From: Candidatus Sumerlaeia bacterium | Lineage (GTDB): Bacteria > Sumerlaeota > Sumerlaeia > SLMS01 > JANRJK01 | Reading direction: 5' to 3' | Assembly (NCBI GenBank): GCA_033764015.1 | Contig: JANRJK010000008.1 | Coordinates: 34,685 to 98,684 of the forward strand | DNA: 64,000 nt | Shown: positions 36,744-45,869 of the stretch, piece by piece | How positions within the stretch are numbered: the first letter of the stretch is position 1 | Layout of the letters: each line of letters begins with the position of its first letter | Notes under the pieces: generated by a model | What the model was told of the DNA's origin: nothing | The model's database searches: none | Seen by the model: only the letters and a program-made list of their open reading frames with translations | Made by a program: the position numbers and the translations under genes

Positions 36744-37955
36744 ATGACCCGAAACAGCCACACCCCCATGGCCCAGTTCGCCGCGCGCTCCGAGCGGGGC
36801 TGGTGCGATGGAGCCCCCCGGAACGCGGGTGGCCAGGAGTTCACTTGGTCGGCGGGACGTTGGCGCGCGCTGGAGGGACCGGTGCCATCGGCCCTTCGGT
36901 CCGAGACGGAGCCGCTACGCGGCGTGGAGCGGCTCCTCGCGGAGGGCGCGGCGCCACGCGCCGTACTTGCCGCGACTTATGAATTCGGCCGCCGCTTCGA
37001 TCCACTGGGCCACGCCTTCGTGGCGGAGGAGCAGGATATCCTGCCGGAGCTTCTCCTGCTGTTGGACGAGGGCGGGGACGAATCCAGCCCTCCCCCGCCG
37101 TCCGTGAACGCGGACACGCACCTCCGGAGCACGGTCGGCCCGTCGGCTCACGAGGCCCAAGTCGAAGCGATCCGCAGGCTTATCTCGGCGGGCGACCTGT
37201 ACCAAGCGAACCTCGCCGTCCCGTTCCGGGCGGTAGGCACCTCTTCGGGTCGCGAGCTCTGGGAGCGGGGCCTCGCATACGGGGGCGCGGACTTCGCCGC
37301 GTACCTCCGGGCGGGGGATGTTGAAGTCGTGAGCTTCTCGCCGGAGCTCTTTGTGCGCGTGCGCGGGCGCCGGATCGAGACGCGGCCCATCAAGGGCACC
37401 GCGCGGATCGGTGTCGGCGAGGGCCCGGAGGACGCTGGCGCGCGTTTGCTCGCTTCTCGGAAGGACAGGGCGGAGCACTTGATGATCGTGGACCTCGAGC
37501 GCAACGACCTGGGACGCGTCTGCGAACCGGGATCCGTCCGCGTGGAACCGCTGTTCGAGGTCACGGTCCATCCCACGCTGGTCCACATGGAGTCGACGGT
37601 GGTCGGCTACTTGCGGGAGGGAGCGGGGCTGCACGACGTGTTCGCCGCGCTCTTCCCCGGGGGCAGCGTGACCGGCGCGCCGAAGCGCCGCGCGCTGGAA
37701 GTGATCCGCGACATCGAGCGGACCCCGCGCGGGATCTTCTGCGGCGCGCTCGGGTGGGTGGACGCGCGGGGCGACTTCGAGTTCAACCTGCCGATCCGCA
37801 CCGCGACCCGCTTCGCCGATGGAACTCTCCTCTATCCCGTCGGCGGCGGGATCGTTTACGACAGCGTCGCCGCGGACGAGTGGACGGAGTTGGAGACCAA
37901 GCGCGCGTTCATGGACCGCGTGCTCGCGGCGGAAGGAGGAAGGGCCGGTGGCTGA
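36744..37955 (+). CDS. pabB: Aminodeoxychorismate synthase component I / anthranilate synthase component I family
   Basis: GDLYQANL, SPELF, TRPIKGT, EHLMIVDLERNDLGRV, FPGGSVTGAPK, GGGIV.DS. Start may be 36768. Confidence 0.85.
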   Translation: MTRNSHTPMAQFAARSERGWCDGAPRNAGGQEFTWSAGRWRALEGPVPSALRSETEPLRGVERLLAEGAAPRAVLAATYEFGRRFDPLGHAFVAEEQDILPELLLLLDEGGDESSPPPPSVNADTHLRSTVGPSAHEAQVEAIRRLISAGDLYQANLAVPFRAVGTSSGRELWERGLAYGGADFAAYLRAGDVEVVSFSPELFVRVRGRRIETRPIKGTARIGVGEGPEDAGARLLASRKDRAEHLMIVDLERNDLGRVCEPGSVRVEPLFEVTVHPTLVHMESTVVGYLREGAGLHDVFAALFPGGSVTGAPKRRALEVIRDIERTPRGIFCGALGWVDARGDFEFNLPIRTATRFADGTLLYPVGGGIVYDSVAADEWTELETKRAFMDRVLAAEGGRAGG

Positions 37956-38682
37956 GGAACTTCTCGGGAAGCGGGCGCTGGTGACCGGCGCGGGAAAGCG
38001 GATCGGCAAGGAGATCGCGCTGGAACTCGCGCGCGCCGGCGCCGACCTCGTCGTGCATGTGAACAGTTCGCCGACGGAGGGAGAGGCGACCGCGGCGGCG
38101 GTGCGCGCCTTGGGGCGCCGGGCCTCCGTGGTGCGCGCGGACCAGCGCGACGTGGCGGCGGTCGAGCGCGCCTGCGCCGAGGCGCTGGCGGGCGGGCCGG
38201 TGGACATCCTCGTGAACAGCGCGGCGATCTGGCCGCACGTCGAGCTGGACTCCTGCGCGCAGGAGGACTTCGACCTGGCGCTGGAGGTGAACCTGCGCGG
38301 GCCGTTCTTCTGGGCGCGGCACCTCGGCCCGGCGATGCGCGCGCGCGGCGGGTGCATCGTGAACATCGCGGACGTGACCGCGGACCGCCCGTGGGCCGAC
38401 AGCATTCCCTACTGCATGGCGAAGGCGGGCGTGGTCGCGATGACGTACGGGCTCGCGAAGGCGCTCGCGCCCAAGGTCCGCGTGAACGCCATCGGGCCGG
38501 GCCCCATGATCTTCCCACCGGACTACCCGGACGACTTGAAGGAGAAGGACCTCGAGGCGACGCTACTCCGGCGCGAGGGCTCCCCCGCCGACATCGCGCG
38601 CGCGGTGCGCTACTTCGCGGCGAACGATTATGTGACGGGCGTGTTCCTGCCGGTAGACGGCGGGTTCCGCTTCGGGATCTGA
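37948..38682 (+). CDS. SDR family oxidoreductase, pteridine reductase/FolM-like
   Basis: TGAGKRIG (Arg typical of PTR1/FolM), LVNSA, YCMAK, RVNAIGPG, VDGG; GTG overlaps the pabB end. Confidence 0.85.
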   Translation: MAEELLGKRALVTGAGKRIGKEIALELARAGADLVVHVNSSPTEGEATAAAVRALGRRASVVRADQRDVAAVERACAEALAGGPVDILVNSAAIWPHVELDSCAQEDFDLALEVNLRGPFFWARHLGPAMRARGGCIVNIADVTADRPWADSIPYCMAKAGVVAMTYGLAKALAPKVRVNAIGPGPMIFPPDYPDDLKEKDLEATLLRREGSPADIARAVRYFAANDYVTGVFLPVDGGFRFGI

Positions 38683-38691
38683 CGCGCCCGG

Positions 38692-39216
38692 ATGAACCTG
38701 ATGAAGCGGATCCTCCGCGCGCTGCTGCGCATCCCGCCGGGCTGCGGTATCGGGTTCGGAGCGCGCTGGCGCGTCGGCCAGTTGGTCGGCTTCAACAGCG
38801 GCGTGCCGTGGCCCGTGCATTGGACCTCGACGGTGCATTGGCCAAGGCGTGTGCGGCTGGGCGCGGAGACCTTCCCGGGCGACTCGCCGCACTGCTACAT
38901 CAACGCGATGAACGGGATCGTCGTCGGGGACCGCACGAACATCGGGCCGGGCGCGGGGCTGGTGAGCGCCAACCACGATCCGGCGGACAACAAGCGCTAC
39001 CTGCCCGCTCCGCCGATCCGGATCGGGCGCGACTGCTGGATCGGAATGAACGCGGTGGTACTCCCCGGCGTCACGCTTGGCGACCGCACGGTGGTGGGCG
39101 CGGGGGCGGTGGTGACGAAGAGCTTTCCCGAGGGCGACTGCGTGGTCGCGGGGAATCCGGCTCGCGTGGTGAAGCGGCTCGGACCTACACCGCCGACCCG
39201 CCCGACGCGAGCTTGA
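38692..39216 (+). CDS. Hexapeptide-repeat (LbH) acyltransferase
   Basis: SANHD, IRIGRDCWIGMNAVVLPGVTLGDRTVVGAGAVVTK, AGNPAR. Confidence 0.88.
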   Translation: MNLMKRILRALLRIPPGCGIGFGARWRVGQLVGFNSGVPWPVHWTSTVHWPRRVRLGAETFPGDSPHCYINAMNGIVVGDRTNIGPGAGLVSANHDPADNKRYLPAPPIRIGRDCWIGMNAVVLPGVTLGDRTVVGAGAVVTKSFPEGDCVVAGNPARVVKRLGPTPPTRPTRA

Positions 39217-39859
39217 CGTAGGGATTCTCGAGCAGTTCCACCGCAAGCGTCGTCTCCGGCCCGTGCCCGGTGAGGAAGAGCGTTCCCGGCGGCAGCTCGT
39301 CGGCGAGCGCCCGCAGCGACTTGGACATCGCGCGCGGATCGCCCCCCGGCAGGTCGGTGCGCCCGATGGAGCCACGGAACAACACATCGCCCCCGACCGC
39401 GAGGTCGTCCGCCTGCGAGTAGATGACGGTCGATCCCGGCGAGTGGCCGGGCGAATGGAACAGGCGGAAGGTGCGGCCCAGCGCCTCCACACTGTGGCTC
39501 TCCGGCCAAGGCAGCGCGCCGGAGACTGGCTCGAAGGGGAGGCCGAGCCACTCCGCGCCGTTCAACACCGGGTCTTCGAGCCAGGCCAGTTCCTCCGCGT
39601 GCAGGTAGACGGGGGCTGCGGGGAACTCGCGCTTGAGCGCGGCGAGCGCGCCGATGTGGTCGATGTGCGCGTGGGTCAGGAAGAAGGCTTCGACGGTGAG
39701 CCCCAGCGACTCGACCGTCTCGATGATCGCCTCGGGCTCCGAGCCCGGGTCGCAGACGACCGCGCGGCCATCGCCACGCGTGAAGAGCAGGTGGCAATTG
39801 GCCGCTAGCGGGCCGAGTGTCAGGGACTTGCGCCGCAGGGATCCGGTTGCGCCAGCCAT
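39185..39859 (-). CDS. MBL-fold metallo-hydrolase (glyoxalase II-like)
   Basis: THAHIDHIG, PGHSPG, GDVLF.GSIGRTDLPGGD, GHG..T; E...NPY. Confidence 0.92.
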   Translation of the reverse strand: MAGATGSLRRKSLTLGPLAANCHLLFTRGDGRAVVCDPGSEPEAIIETVESLGLTVEAFFLTHAHIDHIGALAALKREFPAAPVYLHAEELAWLEDPVLNGAEWLGLPFEPVSGALPWPESHSVEALGRTFRLFHSPGHSPGSTVIYSQADDLAVGGDVLFRGSIGRTDLPGGDPRAMSKSLRALADELPPGTLFLTGHGPETTLAVELLENPYVKLASGGSAV

Positions 39860-39867
39860 TCTTCCCC

Positions 39868-41199
39868 CTAGTCGTCAACCTCGGAATCGGAAACGGCGGG
39901 CGCCACGACCGTAACAAGCACCCGATCCACGCGGGCACCGTCCTTGTCGACCACCTCGATGCGCAAGCCGAACGCCTCGCAATGTTCACCGACGTTCGGG
40001 AGGCGTCCCATCTGGCGCATGATGACCGCCGCGATCGATTCGCCGCCGAATTCGGGCGACCGCGGCAGGTCCGCTTCCCGGAGCACGTCGTCCAGCGAAA
40101 CCCAGCTCGAAACAAGGAGGCTGCCATCCTCGCGCGTGACGATAGCGTCCTCTTCCGACTTTTCGCCGGGCACGTGGCCGACGAGGGCTTCCAGGAGGTC
40201 GTGGTTCGTGACGACGCCCTCGAGGCCGCCGTACTCGTCCGCGACGATGGCGAAGTGCGTCTTCTCGCTCTTCATGATGTCGAGCGCGGAGGCGGCGGTG
40301 GCGTTCCGCGGCAGGATCACCGGCGGCACCACCAGGCTCTGGATCTGGCGTTGGCGCTCCGCGCCGTTCGCGGAGAAGCCTTTGTTGACGAGGAGCCTAA
40401 CCGCGTCGCGGAACGTCAGCACGCCGATGATCTCGTCGACCGTCCGTCGGCAGACGGGGAAGTGGGAGTGGCCGCTGTTGAGCAGCTTGTCGAGCAGCGA
40501 CGGGAGGGCCTCGTCGTTGCGAAGCCAGACCACATCCATGCGCGGCGTCATGATCGAGGCGGCGGAGCGGTCGTGCAGGCGGAGCGCCCGCTCGGCGATC
40601 TCTTGCTCCGCCTCGGCGATGGTGCCCGATTTGGCGGCCTCCGACATGATGAGGTTCACTTCCTCCTCCGTCACGATGTTCCGGACGGCGGGGCCCTGGC
40701 CGAGGAGGCGCAGGATGAGTTCGGAGGACCAGCCCATCGCTCGGGTGAATGGGCTGGTAAGGGCGACGACGAGGCGCAGCAGCGGTGCGACCAGGCAGGC
40801 GGCGCGCTCCGGCGAGCGGAGCGCGAATTGCTTCGGGACCAGTTCGCCAACCACCGCGGCGAGGTAAGTGAGAAGGATGACAATGGTCGGGAAGGAGGCG
40901 TAGAGGGCGTACGGCTCCAGTCCTGGCACGCGGCCGATGACCACCGCCAAGTCGCCCGCGAAAGCGACGCCGCCGATCAGGCCCGTGAGGATTCCGACCA
41001 GCGTGATGCCGAGCTGCGTGGCGGGCAGGAATGCCTCGGGGGCGTCGGAGAGCGCGAGGGCGGCCTTGGCGCCGGGGGTGCCCCGCTCCGCCAGCGCGTG
41101 CAGCTTGGCGCGCTTGCTCGAGACAACACTCATTTCCGAGAGCGCGAAGAAGGCGTTCGCGCCAAGCAGCAGAAGAACCACCACGACTTCAAGCATCAT
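39868..41199 (-). CDS. Hemolysin/CNNM (HlyC/CorC) family transporter
   Basis: FALSEMS, TQLGIT, GELVPK, IMTPR, HSHFPV, DEYGG..G.VT..D.LE.LVG, CorC domain. Confidence 0.93.
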   Translation of the reverse strand: MMLEVVVVLLLLGANAFFALSEMSVVSSKRAKLHALAERGTPGAKAALALSDAPEAFLPATQLGITLVGILTGLIGGVAFAGDLAVVIGRVPGLEPYALYASFPTIVILLTYLAAVVGELVPKQFALRSPERAACLVAPLLRLVVALTSPFTRAMGWSSELILRLLGQGPAVRNIVTEEEVNLIMSEAAKSGTIAEAEQEIAERALRLHDRSAASIMTPRMDVVWLRNDEALPSLLDKLLNSGHSHFPVCRRTVDEIIGVLTFRDAVRLLVNKGFSANGAERQRQIQSLVVPPVILPRNATAASALDIMKSEKTHFAIVADEYGGLEGVVTNHDLLEALVGHVPGEKSEEDAIVTREDGSLLVSSWVSLDDVLREADLPRSPEFGGESIAAVIMRQMGRLPNVGEHCEAFGLRIEVVDKDGARVDRVLVTVVAPAVSDSEVDD

Positions 41200-41252
41200 G
41201 GCGGCGGCCTGCGTTCATTGGTGTTCGAGGGGACGATGGAGGGAAGGCTTCC

Positions 41253-42299
41253 TTACTCCCCATCCATCGCGGTACCGAGCAGGAGCCACTCGGTAACCAG
41301 TTCGGGCTGGTAAGTGGCCCGGTAGGTTGTGAGCACCGCACCCTTGGCATTCCAGTCGGCGGCGGTGGGCCAGAACTTCAGCGGCGTATCGACCCCATTG
41401 AAGGCGCTCATCTCGAGGGCGGTGACGGCCTCGTCGCGGGTGGTCCCGAGGTAGGCTTGGAAACTGCCCTTGAACTCGGCGCGTTCGTTGAGGTTGCGGA
41501 CGTTCAAGAAGCCCGGGCGGGAGCCGTCGCCCCCCCACCAGTCGGTGCGGATCCGCGACGCGCCGGCCTGCGAGAAGGTCGATGTGGTGCCGGCAAGGTT
41601 CGTGAACTGCTGGACGACGCCGTCGCCCTCCCAGTCCCGGAAGAAGCCGTCGGTGTTCTTGAAGGTGGCGGCGCTTTCGAGGAAGCGCCCGCGGAGCGTG
41701 GTCACATTATCGAGCGTGGGGCGCGACTCGCCGCGGAAATTCTCGCAGCGGCCCTTGAATTCAGCGGTGAAGGTGTCGATGCCGGAAATGAAGGAATTGG
41801 TGTACTCGCCGTCGAGTCCCCGGCTCTCGCGGGTGAAGTTCATGCGCCCGGTGACGAGAAGCGCGGCGGGCTCCTTGAGGCCGTTGAATGTGAACTCGTA
41901 GCCGACGCGCTCGCGGCGTACCATGCCGAAGTTGAACCCGGGCGCGGCGCTGTCGAAGTACTCCTCCGCCACGTCCTCGCGGATCCGGAACTGGCCCTCG
42001 ATGGGAATGTTCTTCACGGCGCTGATCGGCGTTTCGCCAACGACAACTAGGAGGTCGACGCTCCCCTTGATCCCGCCACCGACGGTCGTGGTTAGGGACC
42101 GCGGCTGCACTTTGAGCGTGGTGCCGGTGTTGGGATCGAAGGCGATCAGCTCCTCCGCCACGAAGAGCGCCAGCGGGCGCGTGGGCCCCTCGACGCCGAA
42201 GAAGTAGCGCGCGCTGTTGGGCGTGCGGGCGTCGTCGGCGGAAGCTGTCGTTGCGGCGGCGGCGAAGGCGGCGAGCAGAAGGGCGCGGCGCGGTGTCAT
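41253..42299 (-). CDS. Hypothetical secreted beta-rich protein
   Basis: Signal peptide MTPRRALLLAAFAAAATTASA; T/F/G-rich alternating pattern; no family recognised. Confidence 0.7.
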   Translation of the reverse strand: MTPRRALLLAAFAAAATTASADDARTPNSARYFFGVEGPTRPLALFVAEELIAFDPNTGTTLKVQPRSLTTTVGGGIKGSVDLLVVVGETPISAVKNIPIEGQFRIREDVAEEYFDSAAPGFNFGMVRRERVGYEFTFNGLKEPAALLVTGRMNFTRESRGLDGEYTNSFISGIDTFTAEFKGRCENFRGESRPTLDNVTTLRGRFLESAATFKNTDGFFRDWEGDGVVQQFTNLAGTTSTFSQAGASRIRTDWWGGDGSRPGFLNVRNLNERAEFKGSFQAYLGTTRDEAVTALEMSAFNGVDTPLKFWPTAADWNAKGAVLTTYRATYQPELVTEWLLLGTAMDGE

Positions 42300-42511
42300 G
42301 GGAAGCGGGCTCCAAGGCGGCATCCACGCCCGGAAGGGGCGGGACGCGTGGCGGACTTCAATTGCTGGGACCAGTCGAAGGGCCCAGCGCTTGGGGCGTC
42401 AAGCGTTAGGCCCTAGAAAACCGTCGCGCCGCTCCCCTACCCCGCCCGAACCATACTGCCCTGCCCGGAGGTTGCGGGCGCATTCCCCGAGAAACCGAAC
42501 CCCGACGACAA

Positions 42512-45064
42512 ATGGCCGAAGCCATCTACGACCCGAAGCTGATCGAAGCCCGCTGCCAGCAGTGGTGGGAGGAGAACGGCACCAACCGCATCGATCTGGC
42601 GGCCGCCGACAACCCCTACTATGTGCTGATGATGTTCCCCTATCCGAGCGCGGAGGGACTCCACGTCGGCAACGTGTTCGCCTTCACCGGCGCCGACATC
42701 CAGGCGCGCTACCGCCGCCTCAAGGGGCACCAGGTCTTCGAGCCCATCGGCTTCGACGCCTTCGGCATCCACTCCGAAAACTTCGCGATGAAGGTGAACC
42801 GCCACCCGAGCGAGCTGATTCCCTCGAATGTGGCGAACTTCACACGCCAACTCAAGATGATGGGCTTCATGTTCGACTGGGAGCGGACCATCGATACGAC
42901 GACCCCCGAGTACTACAAGTGGACGCAGTGGGTCTTTCTCCAGCTCTACAAGGCCGGCCTCGTCTACCGCGACATCAAGGAAGTGAACTTCTGCCCCAAG
43001 TGCGGGACTGTCATCTCGGACGAGATGGTGATCGACGGGAAGTGCGAGCGCCATCCCGACACGGAGGTGGAGCGGCGCCGGATGCCGTGCTGGTTCTTCG
43101 CGATCACGAAGTTCGCCGGGCGCCTCCTCGACAACCTCGACTGGCTCGACTGGTCGGACCGGACCAAGCTCGCGCAGCGGAACTGGATCGGGCGCAGCAC
43201 CGGCGCGGAGGTCGTGTTCACCGTGCAGGGCAGGTCGCAGAAGATCCCGGTGTTCACGACGCGGCCGGACACGCTGTTCGGTGCGACCTACCTGGTCCTG
43301 GCGCCGGACCACGCGCTGGTGGACGAGATCACGCTGCCGCAACTGCGAGCGGCGGTGGACGAGTACCGAGGTGCGATCGCGGCCCGAGCCGAAGCCGAGG
43401 CGGTGAAGGGCGCCGCGCAGGAGAAGACGGGCGTCTTCACCGGCGCCACCGCCATCAACCCGGCGACCGGGCAGGCGGTTCCCGTGTTCATCGGCGACTA
43501 CGTGCTTTCCGGCTACGGCACCGGAGCGATCATGGCCGTGCCGGGCGGCGACCACCGCGACTTCGCGTTCGCGAAGAAGTACCGCCTTCCGATCGTCGCG
43601 ACGGTCGATCCGGACATGGGCGCCGCCGCCGCGGAGGACTTCTCGGGCGTTGACAATGTCAACGAACTGCTCGCCACGGAGGAGGGGAAGGCCCGCCTGC
43701 GGACGATGGTGCTCGAAGGGGCCGCCTGCTACAGCGGCCCGGGCGCCGTGATCAACTCCTCCGCCGGTAAGCTTTCGATCAACGGCCTCGGCATCGAGGA
43801 AGCGAAGGAGAGGGTCTGCGCGCTCCTCGAAGGCATGGACCTCGGCCGGCGGCAGGAGACGTACCGGCTCCGCGACTGGGGCATCAGCCGCCAGCGCTAC
43901 TGGGGGCCGCCGCTCCCGATCATCTACGACGAGGAAGGCAACCCGCACCCGGTCCCGGAGGACCAGCTCCCGGTGCTCCTACCGCCGCTCGACGACTACC
44001 GCCCCAAGGGCGACGGCCGCGGGCCGCTGGCCACCGCGGAGGACTGGGTGCGCACCACGCTCCCGGACGGGCGCCCGGGACGCCGCGAGACCGATGTGAT
44101 GGACAACTTCCTGGACTCCGCGTGGTACTACCTCCGCTACGTCTCGACCAGCGATCCGGACCGCCCCTACGACCCGGCGCTGATCGAGCGCTGGCTCCCG
44201 GTCGACATGTATATCGGCGGCAACGAGCACGCGGTGCTCCACCTGCTCTACACGCGATTCATCTGCATGGGCCTGCACCAGGCGGGCGCGCTCCGCATGG
44301 GCGAGCGCCCGGAGATGCGCGACTTGGCCGAGCCCTTCCGCCACTTCCGCGCGCACGGCCTCCTCATCAAGGAGGGCTCCAAGATGTCGAAGAGCAAAGG
44401 CAACGTGGTGAACCCCGACGAGTACGTCGAGGACCACGGGGCCGACACGCTCCGCATGTACCTGATGTTCCTTGGGCCGTACCTGCAGGGCGGCGACTTC
44501 CGCGATTCCGACCTCCAGGGAGTCCGCCGCTTCCTCAACCGCATCTTCCTGTGGTACTTCGACAATCCGCAGCCGGAGGTCCCGGAGGCGGAGTTGCCGA
44601 AGCCGGTGCGTGTGAAGCTGCACCAGACCATCAAGAAGGTCGCCGAGGATATCGAGGCGCTCAGCTACAACACCGCCATCGCCGCGCTGATGGAGCTGCA
44701 CAACGAACTCAAGTCCGCCGAGGCGTGCTCGCGCTCCGCGAAGGAGGCGGTGGCGCTGATGCTGGCGCCCTTCGCGCCCCATCTGGCGGAGGAGTGCTGG
44801 CGCAACGGGCTCGGGCACTCGACGTCGGTCTTCGAGGGGCGCTACCCAGCCTTCGACCCGGCGCTCACGGTGCTGGACGAAATCGAAGTCGCGGTGCAGG
44901 TGAACGGCAAGATCCGCAGCCGCCTGGTGGTGCCCCGCGAGGCGCCGAAGGAGGAGCTGGAGCGGCTCGCGCTGGCGGACGCCTCGGTCCAGGCGGTGCT
45001 GAAGGGCGCAGCCCCGAAGCGCGTCGTGGTGGTGCCGGGCCGGCTGGTGAACGTGATCGCCTGA
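42512..45064 (+). CDS. leuS: Leucine--tRNA ligase
   Basis: MFPYPS..GLHVG, GFDAFG, FTTRPDT, GTGAIMAVP, RLRDWGISRQRYWG, KMSKSKGN, VQVNGK. Confidence 0.97.
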   Translation: MAEAIYDPKLIEARCQQWWEENGTNRIDLAAADNPYYVLMMFPYPSAEGLHVGNVFAFTGADIQARYRRLKGHQVFEPIGFDAFGIHSENFAMKVNRHPSELIPSNVANFTRQLKMMGFMFDWERTIDTTTPEYYKWTQWVFLQLYKAGLVYRDIKEVNFCPKCGTVISDEMVIDGKCERHPDTEVERRRMPCWFFAITKFAGRLLDNLDWLDWSDRTKLAQRNWIGRSTGAEVVFTVQGRSQKIPVFTTRPDTLFGATYLVLAPDHALVDEITLPQLRAAVDEYRGAIAARAEAEAVKGAAQEKTGVFTGATAINPATGQAVPVFIGDYVLSGYGTGAIMAVPGGDHRDFAFAKKYRLPIVATVDPDMGAAAAEDFSGVDNVNELLATEEGKARLRTMVLEGAACYSGPGAVINSSAGKLSINGLGIEEAKERVCALLEGMDLGRRQETYRLRDWGISRQRYWGPPLPIIYDEEGNPHPVPEDQLPVLLPPLDDYRPKGDGRGPLATAEDWVRTTLPDGRPGRRETDVMDNFLDSAWYYLRYVSTSDPDRPYDPALIERWLPVDMYIGGNEHAVLHLLYTRFICMGLHQAGALRMGERPEMRDLAEPFRHFRAHGLLIKEGSKMSKSKGNVVNPDEYVEDHGADTLRMYLMFLGPYLQGGDFRDSDLQGVRRFLNRIFLWYFDNPQPEVPEAELPKPVRVKLHQTIKKVAEDIEALSYNTAIAALMELHNELKSAEACSRSAKEAVALMLAPFAPHLAEECWRNGLGHSTSVFEGRYPAFDPALTVLDEIEVAVQVNGKIRSRLVVPREAPKEELERLALADASVQAVLKGAAPKRVVVVPGRLVNVIA

Positions 45065-45080
45065 CAGCCCGCGGCGGGCC

Positions 45081-45869
45081 TCAGATCGGCTCGAGGCCCG
45101 CCGTGGGCGCGTAGCCCGTGGAGCCGTCCGCGAGCCGGCAGCGCACGAAGCCGGACACGGGCTCCTCGAGCAGGCGCACCACGGTTCCGGCGGGCAGCGC
45201 GAACAGCTCCGACGACGCGGCGGCGGGGGCGCTCCGCAGCACCGTGTCGGGCGCGAGGATCACCGCGTCGCCCCCTCCCGTGCGGAAGCGGTAGCTGCCG
45301 TACCCGCACGCGGCGACGGCGGCGAGGACCAGCGCCGCGTAGGCGCCGACCGCGAACCAATGCGAGCGCGCGTCGGGGTCCTCAGAAGCCAGCGCCCGGT
45401 ACACGGCGAACGAGAAGAACAGCAGCAGGAGCTGCGAAAGCCCGAGCCATAGGCCGGGCGGCGCGAGGCGGAAGAGCCCCTCGACGGCGCCCTGCCAGAA
45501 CGAGGAGCCGGCGTCGTTGGACGCGGGGGACACGACACGGAGGCTCTGGAGCGCCCGGTCGTAGCCGGGATCCACACGCAGGGCCCGGCGGTAGTAGAGG
45601 ACCGCGCGCCCCGGGTCGCCATCGCGGTACGCCGCCGCCCCGGCGTTGCCAAGCACCGCCGCGGTTGAATAGCCGGACCGCGCGACGCGCTCGTAAATGC
45701 CGAGCGCACCCTTGAAATCGCCATCCTCGTAGAGCTTGTTCGCGCGTTCCACCAGCGACGCGGCATCGGCGACGGTATCGATGCGCTCCGGGGCGGCGGA
45801 CTGCGCGAAGAGGGCGGAGGCCGCGAGGAGCAGCGCGGGCAGGAGGAACAGGAATCGCGGGAGCCTCAT
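45081..45869 (-). CDS. batE: BatE-like TPR + SH3 protein
   Basis: Signal peptide, AN.LY..GDF..A...YE, G.A.LYYRRAL TPR, two TMs, C-terminal SH3b-like (LRSAP...LPAGT.V); last gene of the Bat operon. Confidence 0.82.
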   Translation of the reverse strand: MRLPRFLFLLPALLLAASALFAQSAAPERIDTVADAASLVERANKLYEDGDFKGALGIYERVARSGYSTAAVLGNAGAAAYRDGDPGRAVLYYRRALRVDPGYDRALQSLRVVSPASNDAGSSFWQGAVEGLFRLAPPGLWLGLSQLLLLFFSFAVYRALASEDPDARSHWFAVGAYAALVLAAVAACGYGSYRFRTGGGDAVILAPDTVLRSAPAAASSELFALPAGTVVRLLEEPVSGFVRCRLADGSTGYAPTAGLEPI

